Position numbers and translations under genes: made by a program. 64,000 bases of DNA. It comes from Haliotis rubra. Lineage: Eukaryota. The stretch lies in the NCBI RefSeq assembly GCF_003918875.1, contig NW_025766370.1:1364001-1428000 (forward strand), given 5' to 3'. The notes below the pieces were generated by a model. It was not told the DNA's origin. It ran no database searches and saw only the letters and a list, made by a program, of their open reading frames with translations. Position 1 is the first letter of the stretch. Each line of letters begins with the position of its first letter. This document shows, one piece after another, positions 62,690 through 64,000 of this stretch.

Positions 62690-63119
62690 ATCTAGCTTAG
62701 AGGTTAAAGCGGTCGCTCGTCATGCTGAAGACCCGGCTTCGATTCCCCACATGGGTACAATGTGTGAAGCCCATGTCTAGTGTGCCTCGTTGTGATATTG
62801 CTGGACTATTGCTAAAAGCGGTGTTTGTTTGTTTGTTTGTTTGTTTGATTGTTTGTTTACCTCCTCACTCAGCAATATTCCAGCTATGATATGAAGGCGG
62901 TCTTTAAATAATGGGGTCGGGACCAGCCAATCAAGAGAAGTGATCAATATCATGAGCATCGATCTACGCAATAGGGGTACGATGACATGTGTCAACCAAG
63001 TCAGCGAGCCTGACCGATCCCGTTAGTCGCCTCTTACGACAAGCATGGGTTACTGAAGACCAATTCGAATCCGGATTTTCGCGGGTGTTAAAGTGGTGTA
63101 AAACACAACTCACACACTC
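62690..63119 (+). mobile_element. SINE family 1 interrupted by an antisense family-2 element
   Basis: body ends at 62822; tail resumes at ~63090. Confidence 0.8.
62823..63086 (-). mobile_element. Retroposon family 2 (no tRNA head, (AAAC)n tail), near full length
   Basis: reverse complement: ACCCG..TTGGTCTTCAGTAACCCATGCTTGTCGTAAGAGGCGACTAACGGGATCGG..GCTGGAATATTGCTGAGTG..(AAAC)n. Confidence 0.85.
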
Positions 63120-64000
63120 TGTTAATGGAAGTGTCCTTGCCCTTATCTAAGTACATCAGTCATACCACCGATGTGGCTAACATAACGCTGATGGATATTA
63201 ATTAGGGCGTAATCATGTCTTGACAGATGGAATGTGGTTACGATTGATTCTGATATAAAACGAAAATATGGACTATTTTGTCATTTGTCTGCGTTAAGAA
63301 CATGTTGTACATGGATTGCAGTTACTTTGGAAATGATGTGTGTAAGTATATGATTATGATTATTACTGATGTTTTTCGGAAACAATACAAGTACACGCGC
63401 CTATGTATTAGTCTAGTCCCATGCTAAGTCAGCTTCATCAATTATGACCTACAACATGTAGGAGTTCTCTCAGTTTGTTTATTAATAAAAAACTAAATGG
63501 GACTTTTGTTGAGGTGATATGTATAATTTAATTTACTTCATTCATTCATGAGGGTTGCATTTAATTAACTTTCATGTTTGCAAATTGAAATACGACTTTT
63601 GTTAAGGTAATGTGTGGGGTTTTTTAATTAAAAAATTTGATAAAGTTATATTTCCTGAACAAAGTAATGTATGAGTAATTGTATACACTGCCTGACAAAA
63701 GGAAGTTTACAACGATGTATGGTGGTGTCTGAAAATAAATGAAATACAAGGAATATTTAGTTAATGGTGATACACTCAGGGGCGTCAAGGTGGCAGTGAT
63801 ACCGCGCCTCTTGCGACACTTTGAAAACGTTCGAAATTTAAGGACCAACCCCAGTGTTCCAGTGTATACTTCTTTTGACTGGCTGTTCTAGTTATTGATG
63901 AAATATATTGATAAGACCTATATGCTGTATCTATACATGCTCCGTTATTTCTCCCTGAAATAAACGAGCTCAAAGAACGCCCTTCCTTCTCGACAGAACT

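Overview
AT-rich, repeat-dense animal genomic DNA. The SINE content and gene style suggest a mollusc, possibly a gastropod such as abalone (inference). There are two assembly gaps (35084-35223, 55673-55803). Main gene: 11 coding exons (1914-23803, + strand, 5' end outside the window) of a class B1 (secretin-family) GPCR most similar to pigment-dispersing factor receptors. It carries two mutually compensating frameshifts in C-runs of the hormone-binding domain and an unusual Lys3.43b/Glu7.49b pair in the transmembrane core. A convergent two-exon gene (56667->47899, ~234 aa, unknown function) has a cluster of CRE palindromes just upstream of its ATG. The rest is a TE and repeat landscape: >15 tRNA-derived SINE copies; a second, head-less retroposon family with a pseudoknot-like 5' end; a Penelope-like fragment with inverted pLTRs carrying variant minimal hammerheads; an internally deleted FLYWCH/MULE (Phantom-type) element; Tc1-like, hAT-like, Crypton-like and RTEX-like remnants; several MITEs; a 4-kb 35-bp satellite; and 39/42/84-bp minisatellites. 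All calls were made by eye, no searches were run, and repeat boundaries are approximate.
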